Assembly: GCA_016748015.1 (NCBI GenBank)
Contig: JAAOMT010000200.1
Span: forward strand, 1-59,388
DNA length: 59,388 bases
Direction of reading: 5' to 3'
Source of the DNA: Geosiphon pyriformis uo1
Lineage: Eukaryota; Fungi; Glomeromycota
The position numbers and the translations under genes are program-made. Positions 23,672-37,880 of this stretch are shown piece after piece (within the stretch, counting starts at the first letter, position 1; the number at the start of each line of letters is the position of its first letter). The notes below the pieces were generated by a model. It ran no database searches, had not been told where the DNA came from, and saw only the letters and a list, made by a program, of their open reading frames with translations.

Positions 23672-26600
23672 CTACACATCTATAACTACCTGCACACTGC
23701 CACCCAGACCAGAAAAGAAACAAAAAGGCTTCCGACGACCAAAGCTAACAGCAAAGAAATTGGCCAAACCAAGCAATCTCACAATACCGTCAGACAAAAC
23801 CGAAGACACACCACAAGGGAGCCCAGAAACAACACCAACATCACAGACCAGACCAGCCTTCTCCATCACCACCTGGTGGCTGGCTCTAGCCAACCATACC
23901 TTAGCACGATGTAAACCAACAACGAACCTAACATAATCAACAATCCTAGCAGTGGCCACCTTTTTATCCTCAAAAACATCGCAAGTCTCCTCATACCACT
24001 CCTCCAGCACAAACCCTTTGCACACCAAAGTGTACAGCCCAACATCAATGAAACATTGAGACAAAACCCGCAACACAGCAGAAGCAGAGGAACCACCAGC
24101 CAAAGCTGACCAACGAGCAGAAGCCTCCACCAAAATCTCACCACAAATGCCAGACTCATGAACACAAGTAAAAACATGGTCAGAGAACTCCACCTCACCG
24201 CAAAACAAACACAACACACTAGGATAGCATTTATCATACAACCTCTTCCTAATGGCCACCAGCAACCTCCTGTGCACAGCCTTCATAACATAAGTGCGAA
24301 GCGATGAGGATGCGCGGCTAGTGAACCCAGCAAACATATGAGAATCAGGATGCCACACCTTCGCTGTGACAACCCAGTCTATGCAACCAATTATCACATC
24401 CGGAACTACATCACAACCAGGCCCAGCTTCCCAATGAGCACAACAAATTGATCGAAAAATATTTCTGACAAAATAATGGGCATTACCAGAAACAGCGACA
24501 CCCTCAGTAACCAAAAAATGTTTATGCACATCGGTACAAAGGGAAAAGGGAGACCCAGAGGCAGCCTCAGCAGCCAAGTCAGCTCTCACATTACCAGGAA
24601 TTCCAGAGTGTCCTTTTACCTTAACCCAACTTACACTAAGATTCTTATCCCTGACCAAATTGAAAATATGACGCTTTTCCAGCCAGCATTGATTACGGAA
24701 ATCAGGAGCAACCAAAGACATCTCAGACACACATGCATCAATGGCAGCCTGGCTGTCAAGACGCAACACCACAGTACTTGAAGAAGGAACACACTCCAAA
24801 GCCAAAGCGACAGCCTGTAACTCGGCCATAGTAGATGACAAAAAACCACAAACAGTGACACCAATACTCATATCCAAGACCAGAAAGTACGCAGCAGCAC
24901 CACAGGCAACCTCAGCAAAGCCTGCATTCCTCAAAGACCCATCCGTGAAAACTTCAAAAGAGTCTGACCAAATGTCATGCAATCCATTTTTAACCGCAGA
25001 AAATTCCCCAGACCTCAAAATGTTCAAACCAAGCTTTTCTGCTGAGCCAACAGAACCAGAAAATGAGTAACCCTGACCTTTCAAAAACTCAGAAAAAACC
25101 ATGAACCAGTGAGGCACAGGGCCATGTGGATCCAACCTCTTCCAACAACGAAAAGTTTTCCAATCCAACAAAACACCTTTCTTATCAAAAAGCCAATCAC
25201 CAAAAGCAACACCAAAACGTTTAAGAGATTTGACCGAATCAAAATACAGAGACTTTCCAAGAACAGAGGACAATGGGAACTGACCAGGACTACGAAATGC
25301 AGTGGGGAGGTTGTTCACCAAAGTAAGCTTATTGCCCAGAAAGATCTTCACCATCCCAGCCAAAAAATTGTTCACCGGACTAACACGCAACCTGACCGGA
25401 AACTGCAAAGGATCTAAAGAAGCCCAACCAAGAACCTGTAGGTTCAAAAACCTATGTCTAAACAAACGCCCAAGAATGCCAAAAGCATTAGAAAATGCCA
25501 TCAAAGCAGCAACCTTCCCTTCAGACTGCACCTGCTCAAAAGGCTTTAGGCCATACAATGAGGGATGATGCAAAGCAGCGTCAGGAAAATCACGGGGGAG
25601 ACAAGCCTTGGACCTAAGACCCTTTCTAACCAAGACATCCCACTTGCGACAAACATTAGATGAGACAAAACTGAACTGAATACGANNNNNNNNNNNNNNN
25701 NNNNNNNNNNNNNNNNNNNNNNNNNNNNNNNNNNNNNNNNNNNNNNNNNNNNNNNNNNNNNNNNNNNNNNNNNNNNNNNNNNNNNNNNNNNNNNNNNNNN
25801 NNNNNNNNNNNNNNNNNNNNNNNNNNNNNNNNNNNNNNNNNNNNNNNNNNNNNNNNNNNNNNNNNNNNNNNNNNNNNNNNNNNNNNNNNNNNNNNNNNNN
25901 NNNNNNNNNNNNNNNNNNNNNNNNNNNNNNNNNNNNNNNNNNNNNNNNNNNNNNNNNNNNNNNNNNNNNNNNNNNNNNNNNNNNNNNNNNNNNNNNNNNN
26001 NNNNNNNNNNNNNNNNNNNNNNNNNNNNNNNNNNNNNNNNNNNNNNNNNNNNNNNNNNNNNNNNNNNNNNNNNNNNNNNNNNNNNNNNNNNNNNNNNNNN
26101 NNNNNNNNNNNNNNNNNNNNNNNNNNNNNNNNNNNNNNNNNNNNNNNNNNNNNNNNNNNNNNNNNNNNNNNNNNNNNNNNNNNNNNNNNNNNNNNNNNNN
26201 NNNNNNNNNNNNNNNNNNNNNNNNNNNNNNNNNNNNNNNNNNNNNNNNNNNNNNNNNNNNNNNNNNNNNNNNNNNNNNNNNNNNNNNNNNNNNNNNNNNN
26301 NNNNNNNNNNNNNNNNNNNNNNNNNNNNNNNNNNNNNNNNNNNNNNNNNNNNNNNNNNNNNNNNNNNNNNNNNNNNNNNNNNNNNNNNNNNNNNNNNNNN
26401 NNNNNNNNNNNNNNNNNNNNNNNNNNNNNNNNNNNNNNNNNNNNNNNNNNNNNNNNNNNNNNNNNNNNNNNNNNNNNNNNNNNNNNNNNNNNNNNNNNNN
26501 NNNNNNNNNNNNNNNNNNNNNNNNNNNNNNNNNNNNNNNNNNNNNNNNNNNNNNNNNNNNNNNNNNNNNNNNNNNNNNNNNNNNNNNNNNNNNNNNNNNN

Positions 26601-28375
26601 NNNNNNNNNNNNNNNNNNNNNNNNNNNNNNNNNNNNNNNNNNACTCCATCCCAGTCATAAGGCTTAGGAATTATTGACACCCAAGCCCTCTTCCACAAAA
26701 CAGGCACCACACCACCAGACAAACATTTATTAAACAGCACCAACAGGCACCCCAAAACCACCTTACCACCATGTTTTCATAACTCATTAGGAACACCAGA
26801 CAAACCAGCAGCCTTGTCATCAGGAAAACCACCAACAACAGAAAGTAACTCGCCCATACTGATTGCACTCATAACACCTGAAAAAGCATCATCCCGAACA
26901 TAGTCCAAAGACGCGTACTGACAAGCCCAAAGACCAGGAAGCACTGACTGCATGGAGCGTTTCCTTGTCCACCCCTCCATTATTCTATCCATACTGGACT
27001 TCACTTTTTCAGGCAACAAAACCAGATCATCATCAACTATCAAGTAATCCAACACAACCTTGTGAAAAAGCTTTTCCAACACACTCCTGATTATACTACC
27101 CTTATCCGAACAGAAATTATCCATGCGCTTCTCAATCGCCTTCCTAACCAAAGCTTCCTCAGCCAACTTTGACTCAAACATCTTCGACCTCCTGTAATCT
27201 CTACAAACCAATGACAAATGCCTAACAACAACATCAGATTTAACACCTGAGCCAACCAAATCCTTGAAAGCACAAGCCTTCGCGTCATCTAGAGTCGACC
27301 ATTTACTCACAAGACGATCAGTGCCCAGCAAGTCACCAGAGCAAAATTTCTTGACAATCTTGGCCACCAACAATTCCAGACCAAAAAACCTAAAAGAATG
27401 TTTGTTTCTCAAACACTTGAATTCACTAAACCAATGCCTCAAAAATGTCACATCAGCAGAATCCACCACAGCTCCCACCAGAATTGCCCATATAGCATCC
27501 ACATCACCACATATTTCAGCACCAGAGAACACCTTACCCAAAGACAAAAGTTTAGCTGACAAGAGATCTTTAAACTTAGCCCATCCAACACAGTCAGCAT
27601 TCTTGATTTTGAACTTCCAACAATCCTTATTCGCCTGCTTGCGCAAACTGTTCAATTGTATATCTAGAAGCCCACCCAAACTGACTGAAACCACAACTGC
27701 CTTGTGATCGGTGTCAAAGAAATCTGAAACAGAGACAACTTGATGACCAGCAACAGCAGAAGACAAATTACCACCAACAAAAATATAATCAATCGTTTTC
27801 CCAACCCCTTTCGAATTGCTCCACGTATAAGAATTAGCCAAATGATGACCAACAAATGAATTGACCAAACCCAAACTCAAACAAAACTTGAAACTAGCAT
27901 TTCTACCAGATCCATTCTCATTAAGGTCCCCACCCAAGACAACAAAATTGCTGGAATTGACCGCCTTTGCAATGAGGGTGTTAACTTCAGAAGCCTGACC
28001 AAATCTAGCCCCAGAGGAAGCACCAGCATACAACCCCAAAACAGTAACCGAGAGCTTGCCCTTAAACAGGAGCTGAACAGAAATAACCTGACCAGGAATC
28101 TCCTCCACCTTAGATACATGACGGGCCAAAGAAGTGTTCATAACAATCGCAACCCCAGCACCCATAAAACCCTTATCCAAGCCAGAAAAAAATACTCGTA
28201 TTCCATCAAACTTATCCTTTATCCACGGCCCAGAAGAGGACCTCAACTTAGTCTCAGTGATAAAAGAAACCATATTTCCCGAGTTCACATGCCAACAAAC
28301 AACATCCACTTGTTTCGCAGGAACATTAATACCCTGAACATTGCACGTAGCAAATTTCCAAACCAAACTACTCAT
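23672..28375 (-). pseudogene. LINE-C ORF2: APE endonuclease, RT (mostly in the gap), RNase H, C-terminal zinc knuckle
   Basis: ATCNVQGIN, ETKL, GGDLNE, TIDYIFV, TDH (APE); FTDGSL, AELQAV, LDSQAAI, KVKGHSGIPGNVRAD (RNase H); CLFCGEVEFSDHVFTC; one stop at 26777-26779. Confidence 0.92.
25686..26642. other. Assembly gap (957 N)
   Basis: Run of N within the LINE-C RT domain. Confidence 1.
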
Positions 28376-30336
28376 TGAGATGGAGGAAAAGCCAACGAAC
28401 CCGATCCAGAACGCAGATGATCCAATCTATCCAAGACCGAGTGAACTGAAGCCTCAAGAGCCATTATATTCGATTCCAAACCGCCAATCTTGGCAGTCAA
28501 AACCTTAGAACTGCTCGGACTGAAATCAACAACCGACCCACCAACATTGGGAGAAGAAGAGGCAGACGACAACAACGTGCCATTCAACTCCAAACCCGGG
28601 TCCATATCTGAAACAATGGCAGTTGAAGACACCAAAGGAAGAGCTGAGGGAGAAGACGCCAATGGCACCAAGTCAACGAAACTTAACTTCTTTAAAATGA
28701 GTGAGACTTGGTCTGAGAAAATTTCTATGGAGCATTCCAGTACAGCTAGGCAACCACCTAGATCAGCAGCACCAGACGAGGAGGAATCCATTGAAAAAGC
28801 CATCGAACCAGAGACCAAACTGACACCAGGAGCACCTGAAGAGACAACGCGAGAGGGGGAACTGCCTGCCACTTGGGCCCATGTCTTCCTACCAAAAGAA
28901 ACTGGACGAGCGACAGGGGCCGACTTCTTCTTATATATCCCAGCTAGACGAACCCGATCTTGCTCAGAAACTACCTTTCTTCTTCAAACACCAGAATACA
29001 CACCCAAGGAACAATTGACTGAAACATAACCAAATTGTTTACAATGAGCACAACTGGCCAAAGAAAGACCAGCCCAACGCAAACTCACATTCCTGAAAAC
29101 TGGAACGGTACCAATAGCAGCCAATTTGGATGCCTCATCACCAAAACAAATTACAGCACATCTATCACGAACATATGAACTAGGGTTACGGCCAATATAA
29201 CAAGTCTTCCCACCATATGATTCCAACAAATTGGAGAGGTCATGAGCATTAGTGCCAACTGGAAGAGTATAAAGTAAAGCCCGATGCTGATCCTTCGATA
29301 CCCACGTTTGTTTATCAATATTTGCTTTTGCCACTCAGACCGAATCCTTTCCCATGAGCACAGACCATCTAACTGCGACCAAATCAGCCATCTCAGATGA
29401 TTTATATTTTACCAGGGCCTTTTGCCAAAGACCAATAAGCTGCACTTTGATTGAAACAACCTTGCCAAACCTGGAGAACACCGCCTCAATTGCCGATTTG
29501 GGAAGATCTACTGGGATTTCTTTGATGATCACCTTCCGATCTGAATGGCTGTTTACTTTTCTTAGATCATCATTTACCAATATTTTTTCACAGATTGCCA
29601 ACTCTCTGGTCTTAACCAAACTAGACTCACTTGTGAAAGTTGACCTAATGACTCCAGAAAATTTTGAGGGAGTCAAAGCACCCCCAAAACCATCAATTTT
29701 ATAAAAAATCTTTTTGACCTTAAACAACTTATCACTATTTGACTTTCCAGGCACAGCTGACAACTCCACATCTAAAGTGAAAGATTTTACTGGCTCAAAA
29801 CGATGACACTCTAAACCACATGACTTGGGTGGCAGCAACTGATTGGACCCAACAAACGTGCGAGGAGGGAGCTCCAAAACATTATTGTCGTCGTTTTCCA
29901 GATTGAAAGAAGGTTGTTTTGGCAGCTTGCCTAAGACATACATCCTTGTCCTTGTCTTCCTCAGAGTAACGTCATCCATCAAGTCGTCGTTTCCAGAGGC
30001 GTTGGAATCGATGTAACTAGTTTCTTCGGCAACCAAGTTTTCCATATCCTCCAAGTCAGACACCTCGCTGATGTTGTTACTCTCATTCTCCACTTCACTA
30101 CTCCAAGATGCCTTACATTCACTGCCATCAGCCAGCAATGGGTCTGCATACAAAAGTCCAGCTGGAGAATCTATCACGGTACCAGACACGACAGGTTTCC
30201 TCACTTTCTTGAAAGAGGCACCACGAGAGTAAACACTTTCAACATGAGCCTTCTTTTTAGAGCCTGACCGGGACCCCAACCCAGTCGAAATCGAGCTCAA
30301 AACACCAGCAGAAGAGCCAGCCGGATCCATAGCCAC
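28372..30336 (-). pseudogene. LINE-C ORF1 (two premature stops)
   Basis: Same-frame ORFs 29335..30336, 28984..29334 (CAHCKQFGYVSVNC) and 28372..28872. Confidence 0.9.
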
Positions 30337-33300
30337 AAATATAGGTGTGTTCAGAGAAATAGCGACGAAAACAAAAAGGAAAAGGTATAAAGGAAATGTA
30401 TTTCTTTGGCAGAATAACTTTGCTCTCAGTGTGGCCAGGGGATCGACGAGAGAAAGAATTACAATTAGTTTTAATAAGCATATATAATAAATAAAATATT
30501 ATAATAAAAAAAAATTTAAAATTAATGTTTAATTTGTTAATAAATTTTCTGAATAATACTGTTTATTATTTATTTTTATATGACTTGAAATTTTTTAAGC
30601 TGAGAATAAAATAATTTTTATGATTAATTTTTCAAATACTAATGGCATTTTTAATTAATTATTTAATTATAGATTTCTGAATTTACAGATTCTAAGTTGG
30701 TTTTTTAATCATCTTTTTGTTTTTTTGTTTGATTTAAAATTAGTTCTATAAACAATTTTTTGATTAAAGTTGTGAAAATTTTTTGAAAATATAATATATT
30801 TTTTGTAAACAATTTATTTTTTGCTTTTTAATTTTATTATTATTATTAGGTTTAATAAGTGCAGCCCAGTCATTATCTAGTATACAGAATTAAACAATGT
30901 GATTCCAACTACATGCAACTTACATACTTGTTACATGTGACTAGCTACTTAAACTGGTCAAGATAATACTATATACTTATATAAACTACAGAGTTTTTAT
31001 TAACACCAGAGAAAAAAACACAAGGTGAATGCTGACCAAAACTTATACCCAAAGATTCAGAAACACCAAGCATATGAATGACTCTTAGAGACAAATCAGC
31101 ATTGACTAAGTCTGGCAAAAAAGAAACCACACTATTATCAACCACCAAATCAATCCTTTTCAGTTCTGTTTTATGTTTTACCCTAATATACCATATAGAT
31201 TGATGGTGAAACTCAACCAAACAGTAAGAAAAATTCACCAAAACTAAAATAGCCTGAATTTTATTATCAAACAAATTCAAAGCTTTTTTGGCCCATTCTT
31301 TGAAAACAAATCTTTTGTAAAGAACCATGTACAACTCCACATCTGATAGGCAAGACAACAAAGATTGCACTATTTGAAAGAAAATGGGTAGCTTATTATT
31401 ATACAAAGAAGACCAAAACTTAATATAACCTGAAATCAAAGTTGTTCACATATTTGCATCACTTGAACACATAAAAAAATGGTTGGAAGTATCCAACCCC
31501 CCACAAAATAAGTACAGAACACCTGAATAAGACTTGTTATATAGTTTTTTGTGTATAGCAACAGAGAGCCTCCCATAAACAGCCTTCATTATATAAGTTT
31601 GCAGATTGCAAGTAGACATACTTGTAGTCCCAGCCAATATGTGTGAGTCAGGATGCTATATCTTAGCCATTTGCACCCAATTGATATTATAAAAAAAAGA
31701 CCTATTAATGATCTTGGACCCTAAACTAATCTTCTAAAACACATTAGCTATTGCTCTATAAATGTCCCGAACAAAATAGTGAGCATTTCCAGATATCACC
31801 AAACCATCAGCCACCAAATATCTTTTAGAAATACCAACTGGAAGGGAAACAGAGAGATAAGCAGCAGCCCCAGTCAATTCATTAGCACAATCATTGCCAA
31901 ACACACTAGAATGCTCTTTTATCTTAAGCCAAACCATCTTCAAGACTTTTTTTCTCATTAGATTGAAAATCAAACAACATTCTACTCAGTATTTATCTTA
32001 AAAATCAAGTCCAAATAAACCAAGACCTGAACTACACACATTAATAGTAGTCTAATTGTCCAAGTTCAGAATAACTGTACACAAAGAGAAAATACACTTC
32101 AAAGCCAAAGCAATAGCATGTATCTTAGTCATTATAGAAAACAAAATGCCAGACACATGAGCACTAACACCAACACCCACATCCAGAAAAAAAGCCACCA
32201 TATCACCAGCCACCTCCAGGATACCCAGTCTCTTCAATAAGCCATCAATATATATATTAAAGACATCAGCCAAATACTATGCAGAAGATCTCTTAAAGAC
32301 CCGAACTTATTTAAATCCAACACATTACAAGAAACCTAACCTGAAACATTAACATCAGCAATAACAGAATGGCCTATTTTATTCAAAAAATCTGATGCAA
32401 CAATGTACCAAGCTGGCACAAAACCTCTTGGATCTAATTTTTTTCAATGGCAAAAGATTATTCAAGACATTAAGCTACTATGTTTATCTAACAGTCTGTT
32501 GTTAAAGACAATACCAAAATATTTCAAAGATATCACTATCCTATAATAGGCCTTCTTTTCCAAAATATCTGACATAAAAAATCTATTTGGACTGTAAAAA
32601 GCTTGCAGCAGACAGTTTTTCAGAGCAATCTTATTGTTCAAAAAAATTTTTACAACCCCAGCCAGAAAGTTGTTTATATGACTAACCCATAATTTAACAA
32701 GATGCTGAAAAGGATTGTTGGGAGCCCAACCCAAAACTTGCAAGTCCAAGAACCAATGGTCAAAAAAATAGCCAAGAATATCAACAGAATTAGCAAACAA
32801 AACAATCAAAGCTGTTTTATCCTTAGCTTGAAGTTGCTTAAATGTTTTTAAATTGTACAGCAAAAAATAATACAGCACTTTACATAAAAAATTACTAGGT
32901 AGTCTTGCCTTTAACTTCAAACTCTTTTTGATTAAAAAATCCCACTTTTGATAAACGTTGATTAAAGTAAAACTAAACTGAATACAGTAACTAACAATTG
33001 GCTGCAAAACAGCAAATACCAAATAACAAAACTGCTTGTCAGAAATTGTTTTCCTTAGGACCATGTTTACAAAAAATTTAACATCCAAATAGGCCTTGGC
33101 CAAACTGGGTTTGGACAAACTATTAGCAAAAAGATAAATCTTCAAGTAATGGTAAGGCTCTTCCTTCTTTGCAATAGAAATTAGATACCAATTGATTGTC
33201 AAAAAAGCCCTATTAACTCTTGGGTTGATAAAAATAACCACTGTTTTCTTACTGTTGATAGATATGTTATTGACATCAAAAAATTCACTGGCAATATTCA

Positions 33301-34092
33301 AAATATACTGAATTGAGGTCTGGTTATTTTCCATTCAAATTGTGTCATTGACAAAAACACCAGCTGCAAAAAATAAAGTTTTCCCTTCAATACTCTCCAC
33401 TTTGTCTGACTTAGCCACAAATTTAGTATCAATATGATAACTACACAAATTTTCATGTCTCTTAACCTCACATAAAAGGGGATTATAGAAAATCTGCCAG
33501 AAAAGAGGCAAAAAGATTTCACCTTAATCCAGCTTATAATAAACACAGTAACTCTTTGAGAGGCCAAAGTCAGTCATAATCCTGTTAATCCAGTCCAGAT
33601 AAATACTTCCAAAAAAGTTTATGAAATGTTTACACATTTTAATCTGTCTCAAACTGTTTTTTAAGTGATGCCAGCTAACTAAATCATAAGCCTTCTTTAT
33701 GTTCTGCAAGACCAACCAAAGTTCTCGGTTTTTTTCCAAAGCATTCTTAATGACAAAACCAACTGCAAAAACTAGAGAGTGAGTAGATATACCTTTCAAA
33801 ACCAAAAAATTATCACCACAAAGGACCCCATGAGCACTATAGACAAGAGAAATCTGATCTGAAAGTATCTTTAACAGAATTTTCTTGGCCATTTTGATGA
33901 GAGCTATTGGCCTAGTATTAGTCAGCACCCCATTTCAGTCATAGAGCTTGGGAATCATAGAAATTTAGGCTCTTCTCCATAATATGGGAACTGCACCAAC
34001 AGCCAAACAACAATTTAAAAAAACCAAGAAACAATTTATGACCTCAGAACTACAATGCTTTCACAACTCATTTTGAATACCAGATAGGCTGA

Positions 34093-34899
34093 TGTTACTT
34101 ATAAAAAGAAAAACAGATATAGAAAATAATAGACCAATAGAAGAGTAGTAATTAGCACATAAGCATATTGCTCAGTAATGTAGAGCAATGTAAGAAAATT
34201 AGGGCACATTGCTCAGCAATGTGAGCATTGTTCAAGAAATCATAGCACATCACTTGGAAATGTGAGCAATCTTGTAAAACATTAATTATGTATATATAGT
34301 GGTAGTATTAAAAGAAGAAAAAACAGATCTCTCAGTTTAAATTTGATCTAAGCAACTTTCTATTCACAAATATCAATAAATAATTATTTACTATCTCAAT
34401 TCACTCTTTACTATTAACACTCTATGTTAATAGTAATTAATACTTAATTACACTAGAACAATAGCTCTTAATCATGGCTATTAATAGGATACTAACATTT
34501 ATTGCCTTGACTTATTTCTTTATTTTCTTTTATTTTCTTTGTTATTTTTTTTTTGTTGTACTAATTGATTAAGAGGATTAAAGTATTGAGTTATTGATAT
34601 CAAGAATAACCTGGTAAAAGACCCCAAAGGAAAGATATAACATTGAAAATTTAAAGATAGCTTACCAGAAAAACATCTCTGCCAGATTACTGGCCACCAT
34701 GCTAAGAAAAAAATTGGACAGAATTGCAATTCTGGAAGGCTACTGAAACAACTATTAAATCTCTGTCTATTATACAAAGAACTTCACAACAAAACCTTCA
34801 GATTATAAAAACCTTCAGAAATTAACACCATTATATCAACTGAGTACCAAGTTACAGATTTGTTATTTGCTTTGAAACCTCAAATAATTATTTGTAACA
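34093..34899 (+). repeat. Gypsy-2 5' LTR (807 bp)
   Basis: TGTTAC...GTAACA; repeat of 44004-44901 lacking two 40-bp U3 units. Confidence 0.93.
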
Positions 34900-37880
34900 T
34901 TTGGTGCTCTCTGTGAGGTATAATCCTACAAAAAACCAGCACCAATACAACAACAATCCAAAAGTAGCAGAACTAGAAAGAATAGAGACAAACCATTTAG
35001 GATTCACCAAATTTTTGTTTCAACACTATTGTTAACACTTGGGATTAACTAACAACTACCTATCAGTAGAATCAGCCTTCAATTTTTATGTCAATAAAAG
35101 AATCTTATATTTGCTAGGAGTACCAGTAGAAACTAATTCAGCCAGAAGAAATTTCTACAATAAATTAATCCAAAATACTAGCTTATCAGCAAATTATAAT
35201 TTTATGGCCATCCTTACTGAAATCAATAAAGAAATTGAACATTACATTCAACAAAGATACCCAATCACCTATGCAAACAAAGGCAAAGAAAAACTACAAA
35301 TACCAGCAGTAACACCTCAAAGAATACAACCACTTATGTGGAAGAAAACAAAAATAGGACTCTCAATTAATCCATCATACCATTATACATTCAGAAGCAT
35401 TATCAACATCTTATCAGCAGGTATGTCCATATCAAATATAACATTAACATTTGGATGACTTCTATTTCAAAGTAAACAAAAGAAAGCAGAATTACTAGGA
35501 ATCTATGGTAATTACTTTGAAAGATTTAAATTGTGATTACCAATGCCATCAGAATTTTGATTACCACCACCTCTACCAGATTTCAGAATCATGAGTTCTT
35601 GGGAAGTAATGGAATTAGAAGAAGAAGAAGACGATAATCAGAAATTCAACTATCAAAACCCAATTATTAACAACTCTGAAATTAAAAAACAGAACATTTA
35701 AATTCAGCAAAACCCAATTGTGGAAAATCTGGAAATTGAAACTCCAAATTTTCAAACTCCATAAAACCAGATTGATTCCAATTCTAACATTAATAATCAA
35801 CAACACTTACTGTTAATAATCATTATCAATCCACTACCAATTGCTATACTACAACAATTACCACCATAACAACAACAACAACCACAACCAAACTTGGATC
35901 CAATGGTCTACGCCCTAATAGTAAGGCTTAAAAAGTTCACAGGCAAAGAAGACAATGTCCAAGTATGGCTAAATAATATTGAAAAAGCCATCACAGCCAA
36001 TAGATGAAATAATGTCAGAGTCATACAAGCCATCTCATACTTTCTTTAGAATACTGTCAACTCATGGTATTAAAGCTTAATTAACAAACTTCAAGATTTC
36101 AATGTCTTTAAGCTTGCATTCTTACAATATTTTAGCAATAATAATAGCATTAACCAATTGGCCAACACTTTTACTACCATCAAACAAGGAGAAAATAAAG
36201 CAGTCATCACTTACTTGAGACACTTCCATAGAAATCTATGCCAAATTCAGGCCATACAGACCAATTATTTTACAGTGCCACAAATTTTAAACCAATTCAT
36301 TAAAAATCTGTGCAGTAGCATCTTTCAATGTGTATGCCCAATACATCCAGCAGACCTTCAAGTCGCAGTTACAAATGCCAGAGATTTTGAAACAGCTAAA
36401 CTCAAAGCCAATTATGCCCAAACCATAAATTTAGTAATGACAGATCATCTGACTTGGATTCCAAATTAAAGCAATTCAGTAAATCAATCAATCAAAAATT
36501 AGAGGGATACTTAGCTAACAACAATTAGACAATTTATCAATCTTTTCAATGATGTAATTATCAAAAAAACTCTAATCACACCCAAAATCAACTGTGTTTA
36601 ACATCAGCAACTAATCACCAGTGGTAGCAAGAAATACATATATACTACTATTGTGGTAAACAAAAACATTTGCAATTTGAATGTTACAAAAAGATAAGTG
36701 ACCTAAGATCAGTTAATCAGTATTGAAACCCTGATTACTGACTACAAACTCAGAATTACATCAGTAATTAATCACTAAAACAATACCAACCTTAATTATA
36801 TTACTCTCCAGTAATGCAGCTGATTTATTAAACCCCAGTGATGCAGCAGTTATACTCATCTCCAGTATATTAGTCTCCAGCATTAATCTATCAACCAACA
36901 ACACCCATAATTTATTAACCACTGCAGCCACAAGTAATCTATTAGACACCAGCAATTTCAACCCCAAACTCAGCTCAGATGACATCAGGAAATTCCAGAT
37001 TCAGAGTCACTCAAAACTGGAAATCAGCAATAATTATTCACCAACTGATTTTCAGCTCTTTAAACCAGCCATTAGGATCATGCCAGCAGAGTTCAGGAAC
37101 CAGGTATACCCAAAATCTGAGTTCTCAAAACTATTTAAGTCTCTTAGAAACTTCAGAAAACATCTTATCTAACAATACAAAACCCAACCAAAAACAACCA
37201 CTTATTAGCAACATATCTCTAGCCACCATTACCAATGACAAATTACTCACAGCTATCTTCTTGTTCAAACTTGAGGAACCGACATCCATGCCCTTATTCA
37301 GTGGAACCACACTTAAGAAAAAACCAATCACTACCATGTACACTGATGCCAAAGTCAATGGCCACTCTATTAAGCTTATTCTTAATAGTGAGTCAACAGA
37401 CAGCATTATCACATGACAACTTATAGACCAATTAGGTTACTGAATTGACTATGCTGTCAGCACCAGAATTATAACTGCCAATGAAGCAACCAAAACTCCA
37501 ATTGGTGAAATAGATGACTTCCTATTTGAAGTTAATGGCATTATAATCCTAATCAAGATATTGATAATGGAAACAACTCAGTACCAAGCTCTCATTGGGA
37601 ATGACTGGCTGTACAAAACCAATGTCATGCTTAACTAGAACACCTAAGAACTGTAGCTCAGCCAGAATAGCCATTACACATATGTGCCAGCCACTTGTGG
37701 TCACTTTAAGACCACTACTAATAACAAGCCACTCATCGAATTAGAAGAAAAAAAAAAAAAACCTACCTGAAAAGCATACCAAGTTTTCTGGACCAACACT
37801 AAACACAACAAGCTATCACTAGTACTTTTCTGGGATAACAAAGAAAAAAAAAAGGAAAAAAATGCACCAGAAGAAGATGT

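Larger units (their letters stand above)
23534..30464 (-). mobile_element. LINE-C, young full-length non-LTR retrotransposon (~6.9 kb, contains assembly gap)
   Basis: 12-bp TSD TTAGTTTTAATA at 23522-23533 and 30465-30476; near-intact ORF1 and ORF2; many CpGs retained. Confidence 0.95.

Noticed and set aside
25546-26658. 370-aa ORF, and the length of the 1029-aa ORF
   Set aside because: Both depend on translation through the N gap.
28490-29029. Antisense ORF conserved between LINE-C and LINE-F (58313..58732)
   Set aside because: Explained by near-identity of the two copies and T-rich sense codon usage. The same applies to other shadow ORFs opposite TE genes.
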